Assembly (NCBI GenBank): GCA_012295275.1
Contig: CM022679.1
Location: forward strand, 4,898,001-4,962,000
Direction of reading: 5' to 3'
DNA length: 64,000 nucleotides
Source: Chrysomallon squamiferum
Taxonomy: Eukaryota > Animalia > Mollusca
In this document: positions 24,622-51,709 of the stretch, piece by piece
How the letters are laid out: the number at the start of each line of letters is the position of its first letter
How positions within the stretch are numbered: the first letter of the stretch is position 1
The notes under the pieces: model-generated
Database searches by the model: none
The model's input: the letters and a program-made list of their open reading frames with translations, nothing else
What the model was told of the DNA's origin: nothing
Translations under genes and position numbers: made by a program

Positions 24622-26617
24622 CAACAACAACAATAATAATAATAATAATAATAATAACAATAATAATAACAACAATAATAATAATAATAACAATAATAAT
24701 AACAATAATAATAACAACAACAATAATAGTAATAACAATAATAATAACAATAATAATAATAATGATGATGATGATGATGATGATGATGATACTACTACCT
24801 ACAGGCAAGGGCCTGCCTACTCTGTATTTTCCACCATTACTACTACTACTTTAACCAAAAATGAAACCACTACCATCACTATCACCACCACCACTGCTAC
24901 CAATACTACTGCAACTTCTACAACAACAACAACAATTAGTACTACTACTACTACTACTACTACTATTACTGCTTCTACTACTACTACTAATACGTTTAAT
25001 TAGGTATACGTTTTGCCCATCATGAATATCAAAAAAAAAAAAAATAATAATAAATTTCAAATTTTTTTAGTCTTTTTTTGAGTCCACAACATATACTAAT
25101 AATTGCGTGTGTATATAAATGTATGTATGTATGTATCCATGAATGTCTAAATGTGTATGTGTATTTAATAGGGCCTATATTGTAAGTATATATATATATA
25201 TATATGTTTGTGCTATTATATGTACTATATTATCAAACTGACTGCATGTACTGTATATTACACTATAAAATAACAATGTATTAAATTACATAAAAATTAC
25301 GCCATCGATAGTACTACATTTTAATACGACATATAACTGCTAGTGCATTACAATGATATCACTTACTGTCCCATAATGCATACCTTTGTAACACAATATA
25401 CGTTATGTTATACTAAACCGAAATAGGCCATACTATACTACGTATTATCTATAAATCTCCAAACCATTCAACATTTTAAATTCTCTTTGACTTTAAACAA
25501 TTCCCTGATATCACCATTGGGATGATGTTGATGTTGATGTTGATGTTGATGTTGATGGTGGTGATGGTGGTGGTGGTACTGTACGGGAGAGGGGGGTTAC
25601 TTAAGAGTGAGTTCTAACGAGAAATAATGAATAAGGGATCCGTTAAAAGTTACGTGAAAACGTGTAACTTTAAAATCGTGTTACGGTAAAATACGGGATC
25701 ACAGACAACGAGGATTAAAACGCGACATCCTTTCTTTTCTTTGTGGCGTTGATTAAACTGGCTTAAGCCCCGTTCTTACCGAGCTGAATCTGACACGCTT
25801 GTCAGTGAACAGCCGCGGTGGTTACTACAGTGGGTTAATTAATTGAATGTCGCTCGTTACGCGGAATTATTCTAGTCTTCCACTGAAATGAAGCGAGTTT
25901 TAAATCTGGATGTTGTGCTCAGCACCCGAATCTGAAGTCAGATTTTTTTATATTTCATATACGGGGTGGACACTTGAATTCTTCTCAGTGTATGTTTGTT
26001 CGTATGTGTGTATGTATGTATGTATGTGTGTATGTGTGTATGTATGTGTGTATGTATGTATATATGTATGTATGTATGTATGTATTTTTTGCGATTATGT
26101 GAATGCATATGTGAATATGTATATATATATATATATTTTTGTGTATATTGTGGGTGTGTGTATTTATACATACGTACACACATATATGTGTGTGTGTATG
26201 TTTGTATGTATGTATGCACACATGTATGTATCAAGTATACATGTATCTGTAAATGTATGTATTTATGATGTACGTACGTGCATATGTCAGAATACGTGTG
26301 TAACTAAGTGAGAATGTTTATGTTTGTATAATGTATGTATTATGTATGTGTGCACATGCATGGCTTAACATGGCAACATCTACACAGGGCTTCGTTAATC
26401 CTATTGACCACTGTATTGTAACATAATGACATTATGATTATCACTGTTAAAACAACACTCCACATTTCGTTGTGCTCAGTGGAGCGTGTCTGATTTCGAT
26501 GTACATTTTGAACACGGTCACTGACCGTCATCACGTATTCCATTCACCTCCGTTGTTATGGTGACAACTGTATACAGAACGAATGAAAGGATAAATAAAT
26601 GAATTATGCACATGTAT

Positions 26618-26707
<90 letters not shown>

Positions 26708-27394
26708 GGTGTGTATATATTTATAACAGCGTGAAATACTTTTATATTATCTTTTATTTTTTTTCTTTGCTTTTGAACTAATTCTGGGGAATGTAGCTAG
26801 GGAGCAAGGTAAGGTACTTTTTGATCTAAAGAATAACCAAGTCAGGCTGGAATTACCTTTCAGTGGGAACTGATTTTATCATCTATTCTACTCAGCCCTT
26901 TTATTAAACTGTTTTAAATCGATTACGTAACCACCTCAGTGGATATTTCTTTGTTATGTGTTTAACTGCTACTATTTCTTTGTGAAGTAAAAGCTTACGA
27001 AGCTTCTGCCATGTTTGTTATGTTATTAATTTGCTAATCGTGTTGGTAGATGGGATTATACATTATTCTGTTAATTATCACCTTGGCTGGTTTTAATCAA
27101 TTCTTATTTATGATTATTGCTTATACTTAATACACTACATTTTTCTAATGACATTACTTATCGGATTATAAACTGTGTGTTTCTGTTTTTGTCACAATAA
27201 GCATATTGATATATGTTCGTTTATTTAAACATTTATACATACATACATACATACATCATACATACATATATATATTCATATATACATACATATATACATA
27301 CAAACATATGTATATACACATATACATACATACATATGTATACATTTTTGTATATCCGCACACATACATAAATACATACATACATACATACATA

Positions 27395-27428
<34 letters not shown>

Positions 27429-27879
27429 CATACATACATACGTGCATACATTGATACATACATACATACATACATTACGTCTATGTTTCTGCGTATACGA
27501 GTCCCTCTGTCTGTTTGTATGTGTAAAACGTGTGTAATTTTTCCGTCATCGATTGAAGCAAACCTTGCACGTTTTATTTTAAACTGTTACTTCTTACTTA
27601 CAAAGCAAATCGATAGAATCATTTACATCAGCAGAACTCTCGGATCCTCTCAAGCGTGATTAATTCAGTTTATTGTCTGACACAAAGCTTTGTTTCGTTA
27701 AGAAGGATAATTAATTGCCGTAACGTTTTTCATCCGTGGTTGGCAAACTTTAACGTTTTATACTTTATTAGTACAACGAGTTGAATTCGATGAACCGAAC
27801 CCGTTTTTAATCACTAAAAACTACACTAGTTAATGTGAGGTTTATCATGCCACGTCAGTATATGGGTTAAATTTGTAAT

Positions 27880-28410
27880 CATGCAAAGAATAATTCCTGT
27901 GAGTTTTATCATCCACGTTAGGCGTACTCTAACCTTCATTAATTCGGTCTATGGCTTAACTTTTGTCTCATGCATACAATAATTCCTGTGAGTTCTATCA
28001 CCCACGTTAGGCGTGCTCTGACCTTTATTAATTCAATTTGTGGCTGAGCTGATTTCAAACGTGCATCAAATTGCTATGATGTGTATGTTTCATGTTAGGC
28101 GTACCTTAATCTTGATATTTTCAATATGCTGTTTGATTTGGATGTGTATGGCTCATAACTGGTGTCCTCCAACCTTCACTAATTTAATCAAAGGTTTCAA
28201 TTTGTTCAATATACACATTCCTACCATAACCTTCACTAGTTCAACTGTATTATGACGTGCATCTTGCACGGAATGCGTACTTTAGTCTTGATTAATTTAG
28301 CTTATTACTTGAACGGGTTCTAACCTTTGACTGGTAAACGGAATAATTTGCTGTGAAATGTATTGTCCATGTTAGGCTTGCTCTAGCCATTGATTAATTC
28401 ACCTTGATTA
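27880..28410. repeat. Degenerate ~89-bp tandem repeat
   Basis: AATAATTCCTGTGAGTT at ~27889 and ~27978; GTTAGGCGT..ACCTT..TAATT recurs. Confidence 0.65.
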
Positions 28411-28444
28411 AGAAAAAATGCTGAGGTATGTGAATAATTAATAT

Positions 28445-28830
28445 ATATAATAAATAGTACTGTTTTGTGTAAATAACTGACATTATAATAAATAGTAGTT
28501 TTGTGTAAATAATTGACATTATAATAAATAGTACTGTTTTATGTGAATAAATGACATTTTAATAAACAGTTTTATGTTAATAACTGATATTTTAATAAAC
28601 AATTTTATGTTAATAACTGACATTTTAATAAATAGTAGTTTTATGTTAATAACTGACATTATTATAAATAGTACTGTTTTATGTGAATAACTGACATTTT
28701 AATAAAGAGTTTTATGTTAATAACTGATATTTTAATAAACAGTTTTATGTTAATAACTGACATTTTAATAAATAGTAGTTTTATGTTAATAACTGACATT
28801 ATAATAAATAATGCTGTCATATGTGAATAC
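28445..28830. repeat. AT-rich minisatellite (~30-40 bp units)
   Basis: Repeated AATAACTGACATTTTAATAAA..GTTTTATGT. Confidence 0.85.
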
Positions 28831-29398
28831 TAATTAATGAACAAAAGACGTCATGCATGACATCTGATTAGTTCAATCTGTGGACGACTGAGCTGCTACT
28901 ATTACTATTATAAACATTTATGAGTACTTTGGTCGCTATATTTCCATAATAAATAGTAACAACGACAACAACAACACGATAACAAAAATCAATAAAAAAT
29001 CAAGTAATATATAAATAATTTAAAAAAAAAAAAAAAAAAAAAAAATAAAGCGATCGAAGCAATGATGCGGAAACGTTTTTTAACAGGTGTCATGATGTCC
29101 GCAATTTATTGGATTCCGTTGTCAATGACAACGAGTGTAATTTGAAACGGCGTTTTGTGATATGAAAATACATTCAAAATATTCACCGAAGCACTAAAAA
29201 TTGAGCGCTGTCTTATTTATAATTTAACGTGTTCTGTTTTCGTAAGCTCTATAACGGTGACAATTAATTAACAAGGAGAATTTTGTAATGTAGTTAGTAA
29301 CTGTTTGTTCACTTTGTAAGTTTGACAGGAAATAATTACATAGGTAAACCTCCTTATCTGTCTGTCTGTCTGTATGTCTGTCTTCTCTCTCTCTCTCG

Positions 29399-29466
<68 letters not shown>

Positions 29467-29589
29467 GTTTCTTTTTCACTGTCTCCCCTTCTGTCTATTT
29501 CTTCTTCTACATCTGTCTCTCTTTCTGTCTGTCTGTCTCTCTTTCTCATTGCTTTTTTTGTGATTATTTCTCTCTCTCTCTCTCTCTCA

Positions 29590-29626
<37 letters not shown>

Positions 29627-29995
29627 TTGTGTGTGCATCATAACCCATCTCTATGTTGTTTTTATTTTTCTGTATTTTTTTCTATCCATCAACACTCGCA
29701 ATGTTAAGTTTTTTCTTTTCTCTCTTAACAGTTATCTTTTTCTTCACCACGCCTCTTCATTTATTCCTTGTCCCCACAGTCTCTTCAGCAAACCTTCTTC
29801 TGTCGTGATTTTTCTCGTTCTGACAGTCAGTCCTGTACGCCCACAGACAGACAATTAAATAATACAATTAGAAATTAAAAAAAATATATATATATATATA
29901 TTAAATAGATTATGTATGTTAAGGCTCTGGTAATCTTGTCATTGCCAAGTCACTAGTTGATTACTACGTGTGTGTGATAGGAACAAAAGAACATA

Positions 29996-30026
<31 letters not shown>

Positions 30027-30534
30027 ATACATAAATAAATAAATAAATAAATAAATAAATACATAAATAAATAACCATTGGTACTGTTACCCACGAAACC
30101 ACACATCAACGCCTGAGCAGCAGCATCTGAAATAGGAGCAAGATTTGGAATGGAAAAATTGTCTGAGTGTCGTTAAACAGAGCCGAGATCGTCTACATAT
30201 TTGTTGACTTATTTCAGTGTCGCGCCTCGTTCCCGACAAAAAGAATCGTGACAAACAATCGTTGTGAATATTAACAGATCTCTGCTTCGCAAACGGAAGT
30301 GGACGCTGTGATCTGGTAATTGTAAATTTGGAATCTGATATGTTAACGGAACATCGATTTGCATCAGCGAATTTGTATCTTGGAAACAGCAAAACATGAT
30401 TTCGTCATAACAAAACACAACTGAATTTGTGTGTTAGGACTCGGATTTACTATTTTATTTCTTTTATTAATTAATATTAATTTGTTGTTGTTGTTTTTTT
30501 CTTCTTCTTCTTCTTCTTCGATTTTTCTTCTCCC

Positions 30535-30575
<41 letters not shown>

Positions 30576-31539
30576 GTAGTAGTAGTAGTAATAGTAGCAG
30601 CAGTTGTTGTTGGTATTTGTTGTAGTATTTTTAAAATTAAATACAAGCTGAACCTTTCCATTACACGTAATCCCGAATTAGTCCAAATCCGAGCTGTAGA
30701 GTTGGGTTATGCTTTTCCAATAGTTTAGTGCAAACAAACACACTTTATGTGATGCACAAAACTGTTGAAATTATTATTCAAAAGTACTAGTCTATCAAAT
30801 AAAAATGGACTTCGTGCTTTGGCTTGAATACAATTTCCAGACATGGACACGATTCTTACAGTGGGGTTGCAGAGGTCTGGTGATGCCCGGGGACAACTCC
30901 TTGATTGTATGCCCCAAAGACTCAAGTATAAAGGTCTAGTATATTGAGAAATATTATGATAAAGGAAGATATTTTGAATTTGTAGTCACTGATGAAACAT
31001 AAAACAAACACTTTATTCGATTTAAATATAAATCAACCAAATTGATTAAGTTCTTTTCTCTGATTGGATGCTCCCCCCTATTTGGATACCCGGACCCACC
31101 GCCCTTCGCTCACCCCCGCTTCCTGCTCGCCACGGTATTCCTAGACTATCTCAGAAATATGGGAGAAATGACGCTCGTGCTGTAAACGTTTTCACATAAT
31201 TTTAACACACTGACAGAAACACAAGCGCAACACACATACAGACTGACATACATATATATATATACACACACACACACATATACATACATACTATATACAT
31301 GCAAACATACATACATATGTACGAATCTGTTTTTACATTATTTGTGTGATTAAAATAAATATGAATGTATATAATTAATAAAAACAATCGTCCATAACTA
31401 ATCGATAAATTATTTTCTTTTTCGCTTTTTACTAAATTTAATGTTAAATTAATTAGAATCTTTCCAATATTATTATTATTATCATCATCATTATCATCAT
31501 CATCATTATTACTATTATTATTATTTATTATTATTATTA

Positions 31540-31580
<41 letters not shown>

Positions 31581-32662
31581 AATCCTCTTTTATTATCTTC
31601 GAATTTATTAACTCCTCGAGGCTATCTTAATAGATCGATCTATTATTTAATTAACGTTCTGTTTAAATTCCCGTTATAACCAGTGCTCTTTGACTGAGAT
31701 ATCAAACTTTTGTGTGTGTGCGTCTTTATATTTACATCAGTCGTCGAGAAAAGACAACTAATGTGGCTGCAGCAGGTTTCTCCTTTGTCTATTTTGTTAC
31801 CAAGTCAAAAGCCCTGAGATTTTTAGAGATCAGAATATGAAATCGTAAATGAAAAGTCGTCAAAAAAGCGTTCATTCCTTGTCAATTATTCATTCTCCTG
31901 CATTACAGGTTTGAATGGAACCGAAATCAATTTTTCTCTCAAAGAGGTTAACAATAACTTTTCTCCACAATAAACGTTAATGCGTAGGAAAAACAAAAGT
32001 AAAACCAGACAACAACAACAACAACAAGAAAAAAGAAAGAAAAAAAAAAACAAAAAAAATCTATAATTTTCAACAAGACAATCGTTAATCTCTTCGGTAG
32101 ATATATAAAAAAATAAGTCAAACGTTAAGTAATGAACTGTAAACTATTTATGTGTTGTACATAGTTACCTCAGATGATGTCATCATCAGTATTGTAATTA
32201 CATCAATACTCACATAGCTACCACAAACTCAGCAATAAACATCAAACAACAGCAAGTGTGCAGCTATGACATTTATATTTTTATATATCTGTCTGTCTGT
32301 CTGTCTGTATGTATCTCTGTCTGTCTGTATCTATCTGTCTGTCTCGCTGCCTGTCTGTTTATTTTATTTTATTTTATTTTATTCCATCTAATTTAACCTG
32401 TCATAATGTGGTTTATGTTTTACTTCTTCCACACGAGTTACACCTTTTCCCAAGAACAATAACGAATCCTTTATAATTACTCGTGGAGAGCACACACACC
32501 TAATAAATCAGTGCACATCACATACATACCCACATACACCCACACACATACAGAAACACCCTCACATCTACACGTGTACATACATACATACATACATACA
32601 TACATAAATACATACATAAATATATATATATATATATATATATAAATACATACATACACAAT

Positions 32663-32786
<124 letters not shown>

Positions 32787-33117
32787 CTGTATCTATGTGT
32801 GCATATTGTTGTTATTTATTCTTCAGCAGGTATTTACCGTTAATAAAGATGTTTACATGATAATAAAATAATAATAAAAAAATAAAAAACTGAAACTGAA
32901 ACTGAAAGAACAACACAAACACAAAAAAAAAATCGAAAAAAGAATTGTCTGTGTCCTCAGAGTGAGAGATTGAAGGATCGATTCCAAACAATAGTCAGTT
33001 GTTTTACTGTGTAACAGTTCATACCTTGTTTTTTTTTTTTTTTTTTTTTTTTTTTATTTTTTTATTTTTTTCATGATAAATAAAACTTTATGGACATCAA
33101 TGTAACATACTTATAAT

Positions 33118-33160
<43 letters not shown>

Positions 33161-33476
33161 TAAAAGATAATAATAATAAAAAAAAAAAAAATTCATGTTT
33201 TTTTTTTTCACATATGCATCTGTTTATTTACCTGTGTATATTTCTTTTCACTCGTTCGCTTTTGATTAATTCTTCCATTTGATGACTGATTCATTTATTT
33301 TATTTAATTAATTAAATTAATTAATTAATTATTTTATTTTACATATTCATTTATGTTCATTCATTCCTTCGTTCTGTTCATTATTTATTCAGTCATCTTA
33401 TTTTTATCCATCCGTCTCTTCGTTCCTTCATTCGTCTTACTCATTAATTCATTTTATTTATTTATCTATGAAAAAG

Positions 33477-38623
<5,147 letters not shown>

Positions 38624-39235
38624 CGACAAGAAATGTACCAAATAAATTACAATCTATAGTATAATTGATTACACTTATCAACAATCATATACATCAAGAC
38701 TATAAAACAATAACGATTATTTAATTTTTTAATAACGTACACATGCACATACGCACCGACTGACATACACACACACACACACACACACCCATCACTCACC
38801 AACATCATATACTAATGCCCTGATCATATTAATAATGTATTTGTTTGCAAACAAATATTCACTGTTAATATATATCTCTATAAGAGAGATAGAAAGTTTA
38901 TGGATGCTATCTTCAGGAGAGTGCAGTTTCCAGTCAGAATTAGTGTGTGTAAGACCATCAGAAAACTTTAAGATTTCAACATTGTGGTTTCTCGGAAAAC
39001 CTTTTGGATTTTGGAATTTCGGAAAAAATATCATCACACTGTACTAATGATTGAAGTTGATATTCTGCATCATTTCGGATATTTTATTATTACCAGCGAA
39101 ACACGGTTTCATTGTATCTATGAGTTTGAAAATGCATTTCTTATCTTCACAAACACACACGCGCGCACACACATTATTTGAACAGCATCGAAAATTATTT
39201 TGCTTTAACTTTTATTTATTATTATTATTATTATA

Positions 39236-39271
<36 letters not shown>

Positions 39272-39742
39272 TTTTAATATTTATTATTATTATTTTAACA
39301 TTTATAGATTGTTCAAGTTCTTAAGATAACATCATCTGAAAAGATAATGTCATTTTATCATTTTATCTAATACTAAGCTTTCTCGATATGATTATACATT
39401 CTTAACAGCATAATGTATCATGAATGAATTATTATAAAGCATGCAAGAATATATATGTTATTAATGATACCAGCTGGTTAATGTTCAGTAATATTAAATA
39501 CAGTATACTCGAGTATAAAAAAAACATTATAGTAAATTATGCATATTACAAACAACAACAGCAACAAATAAAAAACTAGATTTTATGATACTGATAGCAT
39601 CCAAGATCACAAAAATAATAAATTATGTTAGCAGCAAGAGTATACAAACTGACATGTTGCCATAATATGGCAATAATTTAAGTTGTTAAAACTATATTAA
39701 TGTATAAACTATGACGTATAGGACAGATGGAACGTGTGACAG

Positions 39743-39806
<64 letters not shown>

Positions 39807-41493
39807 AGAGAGAGGTTTTTATCTTTAGGCCTAGTATTTCAGACGGAGGTTATTATGGGCGGGATCTGCTATATTATTAACTTTAAAATTACGAGATTTT
39901 TGTAAACTGATCCATATATATATTTTGTTTTTGTTTTGGTGCACGTACGTATGGATATTTATAATGTATTATTTTCTCGCTAAAATATTCCTTCAGAGTA
40001 TCCTCGACCTGGGCAATGACACTAAAATGTAATAAATATGAATCAGACTATAATCATGACGTATCCACTAAAACGGATGTCAGAAATTATCAGCTTTTTC
40101 TGAGGGACACGAAGGAGAGTTTTCGAAGGGAAATTACTCATTGCCCTGTTTTGACCAGTGATCTGTAATATTTAGCAGACAGGCGTTCACCGACTGGACA
40201 TCCTGCCCCACCCTACTCTGAGTAACGAAATATTTAATACAATATTGACCGTAGCTATAAGCAAACAAAATAATATATACACGAAAGTTTCAGGCTTCAG
40301 TGACCTTTGACCCCAGCCCTTTCTAACTGTTGAGTTAGTGTATTTAGCGATGCTTTTGTTTATGATAAGTAATATAAATAATGTTTCCCTTTTATTCACG
40401 ATCGTTTGTTTTTTTCCCTAAAGTAATTTTTTTTTCTTACTTATTTTCTCTCTGTTTCGCTATTTATTATTTATTGTTGTTGTTGTTGTTGTTACTCATG
40501 ATGTTAAGGTATAAACGTTTTCAGATATGCAGCTTACCTTATATGTAGTCACATTCACATATGTATACTAACTGTTTTTGTTTTGTAATTATTGTTTATT
40601 TTATTTATTTATTTATTATTGTTATTATTATCATCATTATTATTATGTTGTTGTTGTTGTTGTTGTCATTCTTGTTGCTATGGGTATGGGAACTATTTAT
40701 TTTATTTATTTCATTCTATTGTGCTACTGTATTTTGGTTTGTTTATTAAATATGTATAATAAAGTTATCATATTATACTGGGCTCAGTGTTGCTGTGTTT
40801 GTGTTAGGGTTAGGTGTAATAAGTGTAATAAGAATTAAAATAAAGATGTAAAAGAAAAAAAAGAAAAAGAAAAAAGAGAAAGATATTCACAATTAATTCA
40901 AGTTTTTAATTATTAGTAGTCATTTGAATATATATATATATATTAACATCATCCATGCATCCTCAATTGTTATATTACTACGAAAGACTGATAATTTTAA
41001 AACAAAAAAAGTAAATCAGCTGAACGTAGAGAAATATTTTAGTACATTAGTTCCTATCGCAGAGGGAAACTTTAAATCAAGTAATATACAATAAATATAA
41101 AATGGAGTGAAAGAATAAACAAACAAATCGGGTTATGCACTATTTACAAAAGTTATATTCAGGTCAGACAGTGGTTGTTGATTCTCTGACGTCAGTCTGT
41201 CACGTACTTTCCGTAATTATCGTTTAAATAAATAAATAAATACTTAAACGCAGTCTTTCACACAAACAACACAAACATAGACACACATCTCTCTCTCTCT
41301 CTCTCTCTCTCTCCAATGAAAGTATTTGTCACATATCAAAATAAAGGTGAAGCAAAATGTGAAAAGAGAGATAACTCTGAAAAGAATAATAGGCCTACTT
41401 TTTCTTCTAAGTAGTTAAGAAAAACACCCAACTAATCTCATCTACTAAAATTTTTTTTTTTTTTTTATTTTTTTTTTTTTTTTTTTATTATTC

Positions 41494-41528
<35 letters not shown>

Positions 41529-41801
41529 CCATACGGGGATGAAATTAGTACTTCCGTAAATAATGTAAAGCCATTTAAAAATACTCCTAGTTGCTATCTT
41601 TATTCTATTTTATTTCCAGCTAGAGCTTCAAAACTCAGGTATGAAAAGCTATAAATGGTATCGATTTTCCAGGATATCGAAATGTGCATATAAAAAAATT
41701 CCTTGCTTCAAATTGGCAGTCTCAGAAGAGGTATTTGTTTTCCCGTTCCAACAAGAGAACTACGAGTGGTGTGTTAAATAGATATAAAATTATATCGATA
41801 C

Positions 41802-41902
<101 letters not shown>

Positions 41903-42510
41903 GTAGGCCTACAATTTAGCAAGAGCAGTTTTCCTCCGCATATTATAATCATATCACATCTGTCAGCTAGTAATGTAAATAATTAAAGAAAAACAAATTC
42001 AGATGCCGCTGAACATTCAGACAATTAACTATTCATTTAACTACGGAAATTAAACTGAAGAAAACAGTCGTTCACAACCCTGATCGTTTTTAGCAACCCA
42101 ACGATACGAGAAAAAAAAAATTTTTGCAAGGACGACGGATTTGAGTAAACTGGTTTTTAGTCCATTTTTTAAAAAATATTAAATCGTCTAAAAGACTAAA
42201 TCAAAAGGAATAAAGATAACTTGTTGTAGTTTATTTAAAAGATGTAACATCTTAAAACAGTACAATTTCATAAGGCCGTAAAACTAACATGATTTTTATG
42301 TAAGACATGTTTATACATCAACGTGACAAAACTTCTATAATTTTGATTTGGAAGACACAAAAGAAAAAAGAGACAAAAAAAACAAAAACATATACAAACA
42401 TATGCCAAAACAAAAACACAAATAAAGCAATACAAAAATAAAAATAAATAAATAAAACAGAGAGAGTTTACGCTAATTTTCACTTTGGAAAGGTCAAGGT
42501 AAATAATCAG

Positions 42511-42570
<60 letters not shown>

Positions 42571-43282
42571 TGGTATGTGGCCTTGTAACAACAATTTCAA
42601 TATCTACTCTAATTTGCATATGTGGCCTTACTGTATGCATCAATAAATTATTATAACAAGAATGAAATGGAAAATATTTCTAAGATACCACACTGAAATT
42701 AGTAGTATCTTTTAATATCAACAACAACAATAATAATTTAATATACTGTAATAATAATTACTGTATGCATCAGATAAATTATTATTATAACGAGGACAAT
42801 GAAAAAAGCATTAAAATAGTATAGTTGTCATTTGTTAAACACCACACTGAAAAATAATATTACTAATATCTTTTAAGCACCACCACAATGAAACAACAAC
42901 TATACTACAACTACCTGCTGCTTCTACTATTAGTTAAACTATACTACTGCTGCTACATAACTGTAACTGTAATAGGAGAAACAGTGTTGTAGTAGTAGCA
43001 GCAGTCGTAGTAGTAGTAGTAGTCGTAGTTGTAGTAATAGTCGTAGTATATTTCTTTGGCATGAAACAAAGGAAGCGTCTGTATTTTCATAACGTAGATT
43101 TCAAAACACACTCAATAATTGCCGATTGTTGATTCTTGAATGTTGACATTGTGACAAATATAAAAATAAATAAATAAATAAATAAATCATAAAGATATAA
43201 GTAAAAATTCAAAAGGTATACGTAAATATTCAAAATATATAAATAAATATTCAAAATAAATAATGATAATAATAACAATAAC

Positions 43283-43338
<56 letters not shown>

Positions 43339-43639
43339 TGACAACAACAACAACAACAACAACAGTAATACAAGACCTAAAGTACGTTACAAATATTGAA
43401 CATTTAGTACCCTCGATAGTTAGAAGTCTAAACCACATTACTTCACTTACAAAATTCCAGCAATTGAAAATGAAAATTAGTTTTTCAAATAAAGTCACTT
43501 TTGACTGAATTTAAAACATGAAATACTGAATTCCGAGTATTTGAGAAAAAACAGTAATCTAAGTAGTAAATACTCGATATTGCACCATTAATGATTGAAA
43601 TTTGGTCTCCTGTGCACCTTGAACAACTGTTTCTAAAAC

Positions 43640-43786
43640 ACTGATTATAGACTAGAATACAGTCTTGCAACAATGTTTTCAATAACATTCACATGAAAAA
43701 ATAAATAAATAACATAAACATTTTAAAAAATATAAATAAAAATTAAAAAACTTTGATCATCTACATCAGATATACGACTCGCTAAT

Positions 43787-43842
<56 letters not shown>

Positions 43843-43995
43843 AAATAAATAAATAAATAAATAATAAAACATTGATTATAGACTAGAATGGCGTCTAGCA
43901 ACAAGGTTTTCATTAACATTCATATAAAAAAAAAATAATAAAAAAAAAAAAAAAATTTGATCATCTACATCCGATATACGACTTGCTGATAAAAT
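43640..43995. repeat. ~230-bp diverged tandem duplication with a partial third copy at ~35780-35820
   Basis: TGATTATAGACTAGAAT.. and TTTGATCATCTACATC.GATATACGACT each occur twice; related TTTGATCGTCTTCATCTGATATACGACCCGCTAAT at ~35781. Confidence 0.75.
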
Positions 43996-44030
43996 AATGA
44001 AATAAATAAACAAACAAATAAATAAACAAA

Positions 44031-44070
<40 letters not shown>

Positions 44071-44831
44071 GAAATAAACAACAACTGAAAATAGAAAAAC
44101 AAAACAACACTGTTTAAAGGTTAAAAACAGTAGAAGAAAATACGTGCACAAAAACAAAAGCACCATCTGGTGGGTGGTAAATTGGAAAGACAAAAATTTC
44201 AAAACGTTTTACTCCAAAAGGAATCGGTTGTCATCAACCAGTAACTTTCTATCCCATATATTCCTTAATGTGCAGCATAGCAGTGCATGCTTATTCATAC
44301 CACAAAACGCTTAATATTATAACACTTTAAACATTTCGTACTTAGAAAAACAAAACAAAAAAAAACGTTCTTACTACCGTATACGTGTTTTGGAAATTCC
44401 CTAAAAAAAAATGATCGAACTTCAGGGCTGATACATTTTTGAGGAAAAAAAGAAGAAACAAAACGAACAAAAAGAAAAAAAAAAAAAAAGGAAAAGTTAT
44501 AAATTTGGATTACATCAAACAAACAAAAAAGCTACTGAAATTCACATTCAGTATTAAAAAAAACCTATTCCGTGACTTCGCTTTTCTCAAAATATCATTT
44601 CTGTGTCTGTTGCTAAGTTACTGATTATGTTTAATCAACTGAATTTAGTCCAGGAATTACTGAACAAAGCTGTTTCCCAAATCATGAGAGAAATTTCACA
44701 TCTAATCGTTAGGCTAATCGTTATTAAATTATTATTTATTTATTCAAGGCAAGGAGGGGTAGAGGAGGGGAGGGAGGGGATTATTTAAATAAAGAAAGAA
44801 ATAAATAGAGAGAAAGAGAGAGAAAGAGAAA

Positions 44832-44866
<35 letters not shown>

Positions 44867-44977
44867 ACCTAAAATTCGAACAGTAACGAATGCTTGAAAT
44901 TTTCCCCTTAAAAAAAAAAAAAAAAAAAAAAAAATCCCAACTGAAACCGATTCCTTTTAATGCATGCTATGCTTCAA

Positions 44978-50970
<5,993 letters not shown>

Positions 50971-51260
50971 CCTGGTGGCTACTTCACGTGTATTTCAGAC
51001 GTAAGCGCCTCACGCAGCCGTGAGCCTGAATACGACATATTACGACCGACAGCAGATCTATTCGACGTGGCATCGCCACCGCGCCATGTACTTCCGAGTT
51101 TACGCTAATCACATTATGGTCACGTGACCTGCCGTTTGAATTCCAGCCGGTTTTTTGTGCGACTGCGGTTAAATGCGTATTCAATGGACTTTCGTTGCTT
51201 TCGTTATTAACTGTATTTAGAGAAATCGGTTAACGATGAACTAGTCGTGCGGGCTTGTCG
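50971..51260 (-). promoter_or_regulatory. CpG-rich CDR2 5' region with palindromic E-box GGTCACGTGACC (51118-51129) and ETS-like ACTTCCG (~51090)
   Basis: Local CpG enrichment upstream of the ATG; motifs read directly. Confidence 0.55.
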
Positions 51261-51672
51261 ATGATCAAACTCCTATAAATTACTAATAATCGTTTAATAA
51301 ATCTGAAACAGACCTGGTATTCTTCATTATTATGATATATATAATTTCTCTGGACTTGTAAATCGAATGCTTTTATTTACAAACATAATGGCCTAACCGC
51401 TGTTAAATATTTATTTAAAAAAAAAAAAAAAATGAAATAATTAATTTTCATTCATCATTCATTTTGTTTGTATATTTCTAGTATAAATAGGTAATGAATA
51501 TTTTATTTATGCTATATATTTGTTCGTAAACTGAAACGCACGTGCTGATCGGAAATGATCACATGATAGCTTTTCGTAAAATGAAAAACGTCACGAAAAT
51601 GCCAATACTTAACTTCGGTTACTTGCCTTGCTTTGACATGCTAATCAATTTTTCTATTATTGCTAATCAGAA

Positions 51673-51709
<37 letters not shown>

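Noticed and set aside
26340-26543. Minus-strand ORF with signal-peptide-like MWSVVLTVIIIMSLC
   Set aside because: Runs into simple repeat; no supported exon chain
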